A stretch of DNA of 64,000 nucleotides from Podarcis pityusensis (taxonomy: Eukaryota). Under the pieces are notes generated by a model that was not told the DNA's origin, searched no databases, and was given only the letters and a program-made list of their open reading frames with translations. Shown piece after piece: positions 25,180 through 37,070 of the stretch. Each line of letters begins with the position of its first letter. Within the stretch, counting starts at the first letter, position 1. The position numbers and the translations under genes were made by a program. The stretch lies in NCBI GenBank assembly GCA_964106645.2, contig OZ067039.1; one strand, given 5' to 3'.

Positions 25180-26874
25180 GGTCCCTACTGCTGCCATAGC
25201 TTGCAACTCTGAAATCAGTGAAGTGATATTGTGGCCGTGTGTGTACCTGTGCCAACCAGAACCTGGTATGTTTGGGTGGGGGACCACCTATTCTCCAAAT
25301 GATGGACAGTTTTACTTATCCTTTCTTCTCTATCCCTGAGAGAGGTCAAGTGGAAGTATGTACCATCCTGTGTTGGCCATTCCTTTCCACCTGCCATGTC
25401 AGATTTCCTGCTATGGATCTAAGGCATTGTTGGAGGCTGCTTTCCGTTGAGGGTTGCACATCCTTATGGATAATCTTCCAGCCAGGCAAAAGCACTTGAG
25501 AAAGGAGCAGGGCTGGTGAGTTATGTGACCTGGGGGGTGGGTAGGGGCCTAGGTAGAGTCCCGAGGGCTGGCTAGAGCCCTGGAAGCCCTCATTTGTTCC
25601 CCAGTCCTGGGGTTCTGCACCCTTGATGTAGGAGACAGTTACACCAGCATATTTCTCAGTATAGTAGCAGACGCTGGAGAAATTAAGGGAGGCTCTTCAT
25701 CATTAACCCCTCAGCCATGTGCAGGACTTAGTATAACATTGTAAATATTATGGAGGTGGGGGGATAGACCATGAAGAAGGGCATTGCTTATAATGCTGTG
25801 TTAAGTGCTGTGTGGAACCTCTGTTTTAATTCTACTTCCAATGAATTACAGAAAAGCAATGCCTCAGCAGTGCTAAAGGGCTCTGGCATGGAAGCAACTG
25901 TAGGTAGTTGCCTGTCCATTTGTAAGACGTTCCCCCCCCCACACACACACACTTTTGACTCAGTATCTGGCAAACTGATCCAAGCAGGTATGCTTCACTT
26001 GTTGCTTGTACACTGTCTTGGGGGGAAAAACCCACATCCTTTTCAGGTGTGGTTTTCAGGTCCATTTCAGGTGTGATAGTTGTGGGAATTACGGTAGACT
26101 TGTGTTCCCATTTGTGGGGTAATCAGAAGGCAGCCCTGGGTCGTTTGACCCTTTCATTCTCTCCCCTCCCCTATAAAAACTACACAAGGCACTCTCTTTT
26201 AAAGTTTAAAGAACAAATAACTTTTACTTAGTGTACTTGTCATTGCTGGCTAAATATATACAATGCAGGTAGATGATACTTAAGTTGCTGAAACATCTTA
26301 GGTAGATTTTTATCTAAGACTGACTAACATTTACAGGCTGACATACTCTGAGGCAGACAGCAGCACAACACAACATAACTGCTGCTCTAACTGTTCAGAT
26401 GGTTCAACCAACTGCCATAACTGTACCAACTGCCATAACTGCCACAGAGTGTATGAAGGTCATAGAGTTCTACAGCTCTTTCAATTAACCCTTTACCTAT
26501 GCATTCTGGATGCTAACATCCCACAACAGTGACATCACAAATCTAGCGATTTTGAAATCTGGCTTGTTGTTTTGATTCCTGCTGGAAGCTTGGAGAGGGG
26601 AGACAGCTGAAATGTACACATTTTCCTGTACCATTCTGCCTGCCAGAACACCTACGGAACTAGCTGGCATCATGGCCCAATGGTTATGTGTACACATGGA
26701 TGCACTTGAGAGCCTCAGTTTTGAAGCATAACCTTTGAACCTTGCAGCTTAATGTGTCAAAAGATGACTGCACTTTGGCCAAGAGAGTTGTTAATACAGA
26801 GAAGCAAATATTGGTTTTCACAATTATCTAAATATATGTGTGTATTACACAGTTACCCATATACATATGTGCAT

Positions 26875-26883
26875 CTATCTATA

Positions 26884-26937
<54 letters not shown>
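26875..26937. repeat. (TCTG)n/(TCTA)n microsatellite
   Basis: Direct inspection. Confidence 0.9.
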
Positions 26938-27447
26938 CACACCCACACATATAAATATTTATATATTCTGGGAAACTGAAATGCCAGAAGGAAGCATGTG
27001 GACAAAAACTAGTGGTATTCCATGGCCAGGTATCCATGTCTTGTGTTTGCAGCATAGCCAGAAGAAAACCTGGAATCTAGTTTCGATCAGCTATTGTTTT
27101 TAGAAATTTGGAGGTTTCTAGCCTAAGCTTAGAAAGTAAACCATAGAGAGAGAAAAAAACCTTCTCAGTGTCAGGGAGTAGCTTGGCAGGCATTATAAGG
27201 ATTAGGACAAGGGTGAGGTACCTGTGGCCCTCTGAACATTGGCCCCCATCAGCTGCAGCCATCATGGCCAGAGATTAGGGATGATGGGAGTCATAGATTT
27301 CCCACCCTGGATTAGCGAGTAGCTATTTGTAGTTTACAACTTTTTAACTTTGCTTCCCAACCCTTGTTGTTGTTGTCTCATTTCTATTCCATAAACTCAA
27401 AAGAAAATATATTGATGTAGTGTACTGAACCTCAACTAAAAGCAAAG

Positions 27448-27590
27448 AGCTCAGTTAATAGAGCATGAGACACTTAATCTCAAGGTTGTGGGTTCAAGTC
27501 CCAATTTTGGCAAAAAGATTCCTGCACTGTAAAAGGTTGAACTAGAAGACCTCGTGGTCCCTTCCAACTCCACAATTCTATGATTCTGTG
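27448..27590 (+). mobile_element. tRNA-Lys(CTT)-headed SINE with CR1-type tail
   Basis: AGCTCAGT..AGAGCATGAGACACTTAATCTCA..GGTTCAAG head, then TTCCTGCA..GGTCCCTTCCAACTC..ATTCTATGATTC tail. Confidence 0.8.
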
Positions 27591-28106
27591 GTACAATTAT
27601 ACTATGAACATAGCAACAAAATCAAAGGAGACTACATTAAAATAAAGAGGCATACAAAATGGGTCATTTGACAAGAAGGTTATAAAATACCTGACCTGCC
27701 TTCATTTGTCATGCACATTTCTCCTTTTAATTCTCCCAGTGTCAAAAACTTTCAATTAAATTAACTGAAAGCAAGGATACATTTGTGCACACCTGCAGAT
27801 GTTAACAATTTGCATCACTCCCTTCCCCGCCCCCCCACCCCCCTTGTCTTCATGATGCAGAATTTAGATTTATTTATTTATTGGTTCAACACATCACTGA
27901 CTGTGGCATGTAGGAGACACCTTCAATTACAGCCTTGCACTGAGGGGAAGATTGCTGCAACTCCGATGAGTCATTGGATGGACTTGTATCAGCCATTTGG
28001 GAGGGGAAGAGGGGACCATGGACCTGACCATAGAAAACGCTCCTGGCCCCTCATGAAGCTCCAGGCGATGAGTCAACACGTTTCTCTCGTTATTATGTCT
28101 CTGCAG

Positions 28107-28361
28107 GGCAACCAGGACGCCACGGCTCCGCCTGACGCAATGGCCCAGCCCTACCCCCCAGCAACGTACCCACCACCCCCGCAGAATGGCATCCCTGCAG
28201 AATACGCTCCTCCACCACACCCACACCCAGCACAGGACTACTCGGGGCAGAGCACAGTACCTGAGCATGCCTTGACTCTCTACACGCCAGCACAGAGCCA
28301 CACCGAACAGCCGGGCACCGACGCCAGCACGCAATCCATAGCGGGCACACAAACAGTACCG
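28107..28361 (+). CDS. RBFOX3: RBFOX3 exon containing ATG at 28140 ([18 protein letters not shown]...GTQTVP)
   Basis: ctgcag|GGCAAC acceptor, CCG|gtaaga donor; 255 nt, 222 nt from the ATG; within ORF 27783..28619. Confidence 0.96.
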
Positions 28362-29545
28362 GTAAGACACTCGGTGCTTGAAAGAGAACCTGTGAAAGGG
28401 GACCAGCCCTGGCCCGAAGAGGGCCTGCAGAATGGGTTTTCAGGCCAGTTCAAGGAAGCCTGCAGTCAGGTAGGGGAGGAGGAGGGTGATTCTATCTGCA
28501 AGGATGCAGGTATGAAGCCAGGTTGCTCTGCAGTCCATGCGCAAACTCAGCTGGAAAGCCCAAGGAGAGGTCTCAGCTCAAAAAATGGAGGGAGGCAGAA
28601 CGTCCTGGTTCGAGACTGAGGGGCAGCATTATAGGCAAGCAGGTGGGCTGAAGCAGCAGATCAAAACCCCTCACCCTTCTCCTGGCTTATCTGGGATAAG
28701 AGACAACAAGGGATGGCGAATTGGGCCTGAAATAGAGCTTGTGCAGCAGGAGGCAAGTTCACAGAGGCAATGCCAGTGCCCCAGCTGCCCCGTGGGCATT
28801 TGTGGCTCAGTGCTTAAGTTTCCTGGCTCCCCTTGTGTCCCTAATCACTTGTAATCTACCTGCTTGGCTGCTTGCCAATCCCATCGTGCCAATGATGTGG
28901 TTGTAATGCAGCTCAGTGAGGAAGCGCTGAGTGAGCAGTTCCCAGCCGCTCCTCCATCCCTGAGTGCCAGGCTGGCTGCTTGCCACCGCGCAGCGGGGAG
29001 AGTGAGCTCTGCCTCCCCACATGGCTGCACACATGCAGACCCACATGCAAGCCCAGAGGTCAAGCCAGGACCGCTTTGTTTGTCCCTGCCCACCGTTGTG
29101 GCGGCACCAATCTTTATCCTGCTCTCTCATGAACACAAACGTAATAACGATCAGAATCCCTAAGAACACCCTCTAAGGTAGGCCAGTGTCATTATTCCCA
29201 TTCTGCAGTTGGGGAGGTTAAGGCCTGAAGCCAGATAGGAAATTTGTGAATGGTGAGGTCTGAGCAGCTCACAGTCTTAACTATCTGCATATGCCACTGA
29301 TCTGTGTATGCTGTTCAAGGTTTGCAGCTGCACCCTCTCCCCATCCATCACCATGAGTTCATATCACCACGTACTCAAAACCCAATGGCCACGTGCAAAG
29401 CCTAACTCCCAACACTTAGCACTCTTGCAGGCGGCCCATATATCTGCAGCCAGCTTTCGCAAGGGGCAGTGATGGTCTTAAGCAAGCACAAAACAGTGGT
29501 GAGATCACAGTGGAATCTCTCTTTAATTTTCCCCTTCACCCCCAG

Positions 29546-29686
29546 CACACAGATGAAGCGGCACAGACAGACAACCAGACGCTACACCCACCAGAGTGTG
29601 GTTCTGACAAGCAGCAGCCCAAACGGTTACACGTTTCCAACATCCCTTTCCGCTTCCGGGACCCTGACCTGCGGCAAATGTTTGGG
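29546..29686 (+). CDS. RBFOX3: RBFOX3 exon HTDEAAQ...[21 protein letters not shown] (RRM start, RNP2)
   Basis: cccag|CAC acceptor, GGG|gtgagt donor; 141 nt. Confidence 0.96.
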
Positions 29687-30150
29687 GTGAGTCCATTCCT
29701 CTCACTGCCCGCAACCTCTTTCGCTAAGCACGCTGACAAGTGTCTCCGGAGAACTCTGAGTACCTGCTACAGGCAGAGCCAGTGCTGCCATTTCCATTCC
29801 ATTCCCTGTCGCGGGCATCACTGTTTCTGTTCCACTGCAGTTTGGTTCCTGCCAAATACGTTATTCACCTTGCTGTCCGCTTTTTAGCATAAATTATGTA
29901 AGTTACCTACATTTGTTTCAACATAAAGGTTATGTCAGAAGCAATAAAAAAAATCAGCTACATTTTGTAAGTCTGCGGACTTAAGAAAACCAATGACACT
30001 GTGAAAGCTTGACTATTTGCTTGACTGATCTCTGTTGCTGACCACAGACAAGCATGCAAACTGCAGCAATTTCCACTTCCTATTCCATTGGAATTTTCCA
30101 ACATCCTTAATTGGTGGGATCAAATAACATTTGATCTCAAAGGAAAGGAC

Positions 30151-30600
30151 AGAGCATATTTTTTGTATGCAAAAAGTTCCAGGTTCAATCCCTGATATAC
30201 CTGGATAGGGCCACTGCCATCTCTACCATTAGACAGAGTGTGGCAACGGTCTCAGGTGGCAGATGCTGGGGAACAGCAACAGCACTCCCTGGAGCCCCCA
30301 GTTATTCCACTCTGTTGCATCAGAACCATTTCTATGCCCCTCCCTTCCCAACAAGCAGGCTTGCTATCTCAGTTGTGTAGGAGGCTTTCATGTCACCCGT
30401 GGTGGATTCAATTGCCAGTACAACTGGCTGATCTCCCGTGCCCTTCTCCTCTGACAGCAAAACACCTTGTTCCAGCTCTGGGTGGAGCTAAGAGAGACCC
30501 CTGTCTGAAATCCTGCACAGCCGCTGCCAGTCAGAGTAGATAATACTGAGTTTGATAAACCAGTGGTCCGACTTGGTATAAGATAGTTCCCTATGTTTCT
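30151..30600 (+). mobile_element. Squam3-like tRNA SINE interrupted by ~270 bp; other diverged copies near 3030-3210 (+) and 5290-5450 (-)
   Basis: Head AGAGCAT..TTCCAGGTTCAATCCCTG at 30151-30210; body GACCCCTGTCTGAAA..CTGCCAGTCAG..TATAAG..CCTATGTT at 30490-30600. Confidence 0.65.
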
Positions 30601-31338
30601 CAAGCTGTGTGCCCTCAGCATCCTGCACACATCTTCTCCATGAACAGCTGTTGTGAGGTCTCATAACAGCCCTTGTGGTGAGAGTGCAGAGCTGCTCCTA
30701 GCAAAGTCATACCATGGCAGGAGCTCCCTTCTAATCTCTCCCATGAAACTTGTGACACCACCCCAGCCCCAAGCAGGACTGACCTGTCTTCTCAGCCTAT
30801 GCATAGGTAGAACTCAGCCTCTCTCAGCCTGGCAGCACATGAGACTGACTGGTCCTTCAATCCTGAAGTGTCTGCCATGTTGCTATCAAGCTCCCAGGGA
30901 TGGAGCAGGCTCTCAACGGCCTATGACAGAAGTGGGTATTTTGTGGTACTTTACTTCCCAGATTCCAGAGGTTACCAGGACACAGTGGCCCTTTTGGAGT
31001 AAATAGACAGCTTAAAAGGCTCAGGACGCAATACCTCAAGGACTGCCTCCACCCCCACTGTATGAAAGATTTCTGTTCTCCCAGGCCTTGGACTAATTAA
31101 ATTAACTATGGCCTTTTAAAAAGTCACAGGGATGTTTTTTATTGGTTTGTTATTACATGACGTATTTTTGTGGTTTTGTACTGTAAACTGCCCTGTGGTC
31201 TTCAGGCGAAGGGTGGTATTTAAATTTAATAAATAAATAAATGAAAGCAGACATGCTAAGATGGAGTGGACAGGGAATGATTACTCCTATTTTTATCTTC
31301 CATCCCATTTTTACTTTTGTTTTTGTTTTGCTCTGCAG

Positions 31339-31392
31339 CAATTTGGAAAGATCCTGGATGTTGAGATCATTTTCAATGAGCGCGGCTCCAAG
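31339..31392 (+). CDS. RBFOX3: RBFOX3 exon QFGKILDVEIIFNERGSK
   Basis: ctgcag|CAA acceptor, AAG|gtgggt donor; 54 nt. Confidence 0.97.
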
Positions 31393-33182
31393 GTGGGTTC
31401 AGCATGTTGATGTCTGGTGCAACCCAAACATCAGTGTAGGTGCGCCTTCCCAGGGTCCAGACTGCCCTCTTGCCCCTTCCAGTTTCCTCTCTGTGCCTCA
31501 AGTTGCCTACCTAGTTTCTAATCACCCCTCTCTCCTACCTGCCCCCTAAAACCCTACAGCCATTGACTTAGAATCAAAGTTTGTTGTTTTAACTTTCACC
31601 CTAAAAGTGAACATGCTGAATGAAGATACTCCACAATATCAGGTTTGTGCATTCTTCAGATTCTAACTCTGAAGCAAGCTACAGAGAGAGTAAGCTTGGA
31701 AAGATGATAAAACTAGGAGCTGCAAACCTTATAGCTAAGGCAATTTAATTGCAGGAAAAGAACACCCTCTCATGGTGAAACTGGAAATCACTCAAATTAA
31801 AAGAGGGGGAAAACGTTTTACATAAGGCAAATTGTTGCAAAGGTTTTGCAGGAGAGTTGAGCATGGGTCTTTTTCAGAAATATATGCCAAAATACTTATT
31901 AAAATAGTTTGCATTTTGTTTCCAGGAAGATATGGGGGTGTTTAGTTTGACAGGATTTGAAATTTCTCCCAGCTGTTAAATAACACATTTACTGAGTTTT
32001 CCTAGGCCCGTTTCTTCAGGTTCAATATTGGCTTTTGGGGTCAAACCAGACTGTGACATGGGAGATGGATGACCAGATCTCCCCACGTCTTTTTCATAGC
32101 TTAATTTCTCCTTGTGTGTATGTCATGGTGTGGGTGGGGAATTGGATCAGGAGCATGGCACTGGGAAAAGGGGATGTTTAACCCATAAGGTTACACATCA
32201 GGCCAGAAGCCCATATTGTCCAGCATTTTGCTCTCACAGTGGCTATCCAGATGTCCAAGGGAAGCCCGCAATAGAACCTGAGTGCAACAGCACTGCCCCC
32301 ACCTGTGATTCCCAACAACTAGTATTCCTTTCTCCCTACAATGTCTTCCTGATTCAAATCCCCACCCCACCCCCCACCCTGCCACAAAACTTATATTAGG
32401 TTTTTTGGAAAGGGGGGTAGGGGTGGGCAGGTATAACCCAGGTGCCTGTGTTTTCCCCATCTCCCAAAAGGGCTAATGGCAATGTTTGGGGAGGGGTATT
32501 CCAAATGGGAAATTGCAATGATGGGGAAAGGGTTAAACCCCTCCCAACCACCACCACATCTTTTATCCACAACCCAAGCTGCATTTAAACTTTGGAAAAG
32601 GTGTTAGGAAATCCCCCCAGTCCCAGATTTCCCATGTCACTGTCTGGTTTGGCCTTTGGTCCTGGTCAAAGAATGAGGACTTCCCACAGTTTCCATCAGA
32701 CATTCAGAAAGTGAATGAATATACTGTAATGTATCTCCAGGAATGTAATGCCTCTCCAGGTGGAATCCATTGCAAGTACCAGTAGCTCAGTCCAGAACAC
32801 CTCACTCTTCCCATGAGGCAGCGGCAATGTACTCTGCCCCGTCTTGCCCTGCAATTTTGGCCTCTTGGGAAGCTGGCGCCTGTCCTTATTCCTCTTGAGC
32901 CTTACCCCCTCCCCTTCTCCTTGCTTCGTCCCTCCCCCCCCCCCCCCCCCGCCCTTGGGGGTCGCTTGGGAAGTTCACATCCTGCCTCTTTTCCCCAGGC
33001 CCTGGGGGATTCTTCTCTCTACTGCTCCTTACTCACCCCCCTCTCTCTGTCCTGTCCCACCCACCCCGTTTCCCCCCTTCTCATTCTCTTCCTCCTACTC
33101 CTCTTCCACCCTCTCTCCCTCCCTCCCAAATCCCCCTCTTTCTCTTTCTCTCTCCATTTCCCTTTCTCTCCCCCACTCACAG

Positions 33183-33275
33183 GGTTTTGGGTTTGTAACT
33201 TTTGAAACTAGTGCAGATGCCGATCGGGCACGGGAGAAGCTGAATGGCACCATCGTAGAGGGACGCAAGATCGAG
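33183..33275 (+). CDS. RBFOX3: RBFOX3 93-nt RRM cassette exon [31 protein letters not shown]
   Basis: cacag|GGT acceptor, GAG|gtgcga donor; carries RNP1. Confidence 0.97.
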
Positions 33276-34347
33276 GTGCGAACATGTGCACTGCCTGCTC
33301 TGCGTCGGGGCGTTAGGAGTCACACTTGCTCCCCACATGCACACACACACACAGACACCCCTTTCTTTTCTAACCATTTCTACCTCTTGGGCCTCCCAGG
33401 ACACGCAGGCGGGCGAGTGGATGTTGCATGCCCTGTGCTGTTGATCTCCCGTAGGTGGTGGGGAGGGGTGGGGCACAGAGCAAAAGAAGAAGAGGAGGGC
33501 AGACCTTCTCCAGCAGGAGTCTGCTGGGATCTGCCAGGGAAAAGCTGGAGGGAGGGAGGGCAAGCATGATACTGCCAAGTCCTCCAACCTCCCAGGCGCC
33601 AGCCAGATTGAACCACTTGCGACGCCTGGGCCCTAAAGGGTAGTCGTATTGCTGCCTGGCTTCCTTCTTGGTTGTGGTTCTGGTTTGTTTTCTTCAAAAT
33701 GTTACAGGATGGGCAGCCTCAGTGTCAGTGAGTTAGGAGGTGAGATGGAGCAAGGCCTTTGGTTTCGCCCTGGTGGACCCTTCTTGATCACACTGAGGCA
33801 CAAAGTGTTGTGCCATATAAGATGCTTCTTGCAGAATAATGTTGCTTGAGTTCGCCAGGGCTGTGGTCAAGGGCGGACAGGCAGTGTTGATCTGATGCTG
33901 ACACCATCGTTTTCTGGAGCTCCTGCCCCTGTGTGTTCCTTTGCATCTTCACAAGCCTGTCTGGTGAATGGATCTCCCACTGTGCATGAAGCCTGGGCAG
34001 GGTCCTCCCTGCATGCTGGGTGTTGAACGTTATGCTGGGAATGGAGAGGTTCAGGAACATTTCCTTTGAAAGCTCCAAAATTCAACTTCCCACTCAAAAT
34101 GTCTGAAGCCTGTGTGCTCCAAAGGGCTGTACACCTAAGATAAGGAAATCGGGGCATTGCCAGACCTGGCATATGCAGGCAGGGTTTCCAGCCCATACTC
34201 TTTGGAGAATCTGGTCCAAATCCTGATTGGCTTTTGTCTGTCCTGAAACGTTCCTTGCGTCTCCAGTCCCAGGTTTCCTCCTGGGAGGAGGATATTTTGG
34301 TCCAAAGCTTGCCACTAACTCACTTTCTCTGTGCTTTGTGTCGCCAG

Positions 34348-34408
34348 GTCAACAACGCCACGGCCCGGGTAATGACAAACAAGAAGGCAGCCAATCCCTA
34401 CACAAATG
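34348..34408 (+). CDS. RBFOX3: RBFOX3 exon VNNATARVMTNKKAANPYTN(G)
   Basis: gccag|GTC acceptor, ATG|gtaatg donor; 61 nt. Confidence 0.96.
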
Positions 34409-34719
34409 GTAATGGAGTGAAGCTGTGGCAAGAGGGTGTGCTAGGCCAGAGCTGGTCATTGCTGGAAGACTGGCAGGCCTTTTTTAAAAAAATATGCTGG
34501 GGGGGGGGGCTGTGTCAGGGCGTGGGCAGGCGTGGAGCCTGGCTTTGTAGTACATCCTGGTGTACAGATGACAAAACTGGCTCTTGTTTGCTAGAAAGCT
34601 TGACCCAGAGCTCCTTAGGCCTTTCACCTAGGTCTCTGGCAGGTGGGGCTGGCAGTGAGAGCACAGGACAGGTATGGGCCAGGGTGATGCTCTCACGTCT
34701 CCTTGTTCTTCCTCCCCAG

Positions 34720-34773
34720 GTTGGAAACTGAACCCTGTGGTGGGCACCGTCTATGGCCCAGAGTTCTATGCAG
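34720..34773 (+). CDS. RBFOX3: RBFOX3 exon (G)WKLNPVVGTVYGPEFYA(V)
   Basis: cccag|GT acceptor, CAG|gtaatg donor; 54 nt. Confidence 0.96.
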
Positions 34774-35239
34774 GTAATGTCTGGATCAGACCAGGTCCCT
34801 GGGCAAGAGCTGCCCCTTAAATAAGCTGGCAAGGCTGCTAAGCCTCGGAGCAGAACAACCTATTCCTTGCTTGCTTGTTCCTGACACAGGTGCCTATGAC
34901 AAAACAAGAAGAGGGGGCTGGGGGCAGGGGGCTATCCTTAGGACCTCAGTGAAACAGGCCAGAGGAGGAGTCATACTATCGAGCTCTTCTCAAGAGAGTG
35001 AAGCAGGAGGGGGAGTTTTGGGTGCAGAAAGATTCCCAGAGGATGTGTATATAATAGAGAATAGAGGGTGGGATGAAATATCATGAGGATATTTCTCAGG
35101 ACACCTGAAGAGGGGCAAGCTCCTCGCTTCCTCTCTGGGGGATCTCTCCTCTGCCACACAGAGGTGGGCAGGCCGTGTCTGGCACCAGGAGAGGACTCTT
35201 CTGGGGGTGCTCATGGCGGTTTCCTTTTCTCTCCCACAG

Positions 35240-35372
35240 TGACAGGCTTTCCATACCCAGCCACAGGAACAGCGGTAGCGTACCGGGGGGCGCATTTACG
35301 GGGGCGGGGGCGCACGGTCTACAACACGTTCCGGGCAGCTCCCCCACCTCCGCCCATCCCCGCTTATGGAGC
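35240..35372 (+). CDS. RBFOX3: RBFOX3 exon (V)TGFPYPATG...[10 protein letters not shown]...PPPIPAYG(A)
   Basis: cacag|TG acceptor, AGC|gtgagt donor; 133 nt. Confidence 0.96.
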
Positions 35373-35935
35373 GTGAGTATTTGCTGCCTTCGAAAGGTGG
35401 GCGGGGGGAGCCTTTGGGCTCTTTGGACAGAGACAACAGGCGATTGGTCTGCCCCCACATTCCCGACGAGCAAGCCTCAGAGGAAACACTTCCTAGTCAC
35501 CCTGCCCTGACTACATCTCCAGCCACGTTTGGGGCAGATCTGCACCTGGCTGGCTGCCCTTTTCACCTAGAGAAAGGCGTCTGCGTTAGGTGTGCCTGTT
35601 TGATTAGGATAGCTGGCCATAGAAGTAACACTGTGACTAGCACACTTAGGAGGCAGACAGAAGGTATTCAGTGGCCATTTTGTCTTGGCTCTTTCAGAAG
35701 ATTTGTCCCTGTTTGCCTCTTCGCATTTTTTTTATTTTGCGAGGTGGAGGAATACAGGCAACTTCCCACTGGTGCAGGGGTTGCGTTGCAGGTCAATGCA
35801 TGCTTCAGCCCATTCCGCCCCCTTCCGGGGCCCAAAGTGGCACATGCCTAAGTAACGTGCAAACTGGTTGTTTCCTGTACAATCTCTTCTGTGTAGTGAA
35901 ATAGAAACTGACAGTTATATATAAAGTGAGGGTTG

Positions 35936-35991
35936 GGTTTGGTTTGGTTTGGTTTGGTTTGGTTTGGTTTGGTTTGGTTTGGTTTGGTTTG
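35936..35991. repeat. (GGTTT)n microsatellite
   Basis: Direct inspection. Confidence 0.95.
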
Positions 35992-36952
35992 AATACTGTG
36001 ACTATGCAGATAATAGTGCTAAAGGAGTCCAGTGGGTGTGACTGTCAAACCCATGTACTTGCCGCATAGAAGACACTCATGTGGCACTTCACATATCACA
36101 GTCATTGCACAGCTGGGAAAGCACACTGTGTAGTTGTGCACTTCCTCCCCGCCTGTCCCCCCCCCCAGTAAGAACCCTCAACTCCTCTGCCCATCATAAA
36201 TTATGCAAACCAGTTGCATTCATGCAGATGTGCTTTGCGCAAAATATTTATTTGTATGCTCTAGTATGAAACTGATTTGCGCAGTGTAGATTTTACTTAT
36301 TGATTTATTTGGCAGCAAGGGAAGCATGAGGGACAGCTGGGCAAGGAAAGATGGGAACATCAGAAGAGCCCATCTAGTCCAGCATCCTTTTCTCACCCCG
36401 GCCAACCAGATGCCTGGAGGAAGCCTGCAAGCAGTTTCTGGGAGCTGCTATTCAGAAGCATTGCTGCCTCCAAAGGTGGAGGTAGACGATGACTAGAGGC
36501 CATGCAGAATGGGACAGTTGGCCATAGTAGGCACAGAAGCTGCATCCTTTACAGACTCTTTCTATTCCCTACTGACAGAGGAGTTAGAAACTGGCTTAGT
36601 TTAGTATCTATACATGAGTAATCATAGCATCCATGTGCATGCTTAAGCATGGAGCATATCTGAGTGGCTGCGGCCAGATTCCCCGAAGGAGCATCTGTTC
36701 CTTCTTGGTCATCCCACTTGCCTGTCAGGCAGATCGCCCCCATCCAGCTTGATGACTAGCACATTTGCATCTCCCCCGCCGTCGAGGCAGAGAGAGGCCA
36801 TTAGCAGCACTGAAAACCAGAGTCACAAGGTCCGTTTGATGCCAGAGCCAGGGTTACCCTTTGAAACAAATGTGCAGTCGCACGGAATGGACTTCAAAGT
36901 GCCTCGCACGCAGCCATAAGTCACCGTTGCATTTTGCTTCTTTCCTCTGCAG

Positions 36953-36992
36953 AGTGGTTTACCAGGACGGATTCTACGGTGCTGAAATTTAT
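36953..36992 (+). CDS. RBFOX3: RBFOX3 40-nt (B40-type) exon VVYQDGFYGAEIY
   Basis: ctgcag|AGTG acceptor, TAT|gtaagt donor. Confidence 0.96.
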
Positions 36993-37023
36993 GTAAGTCC
37001 AGCCTTTCTCGATTTGCTCTTAC

Positions 37024-37026
<3 letters not shown>

Positions 37027-37068
<42 letters not shown>
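37027..37068. repeat. (GA)n microsatellite
   Basis: Direct inspection; starts 35 nt after the B40 donor. Confidence 0.95.

Positions 37069-37070
<2 letters not shown>

Noticed and set aside
36805-36952. Lizard equivalent of the mammalian ~47-aa upstream extension of the B40 exon
   Set aside because: AGs at the expected distance (36804, 36807) are out of phase, and an in-frame TGA lies at 36837-36839.
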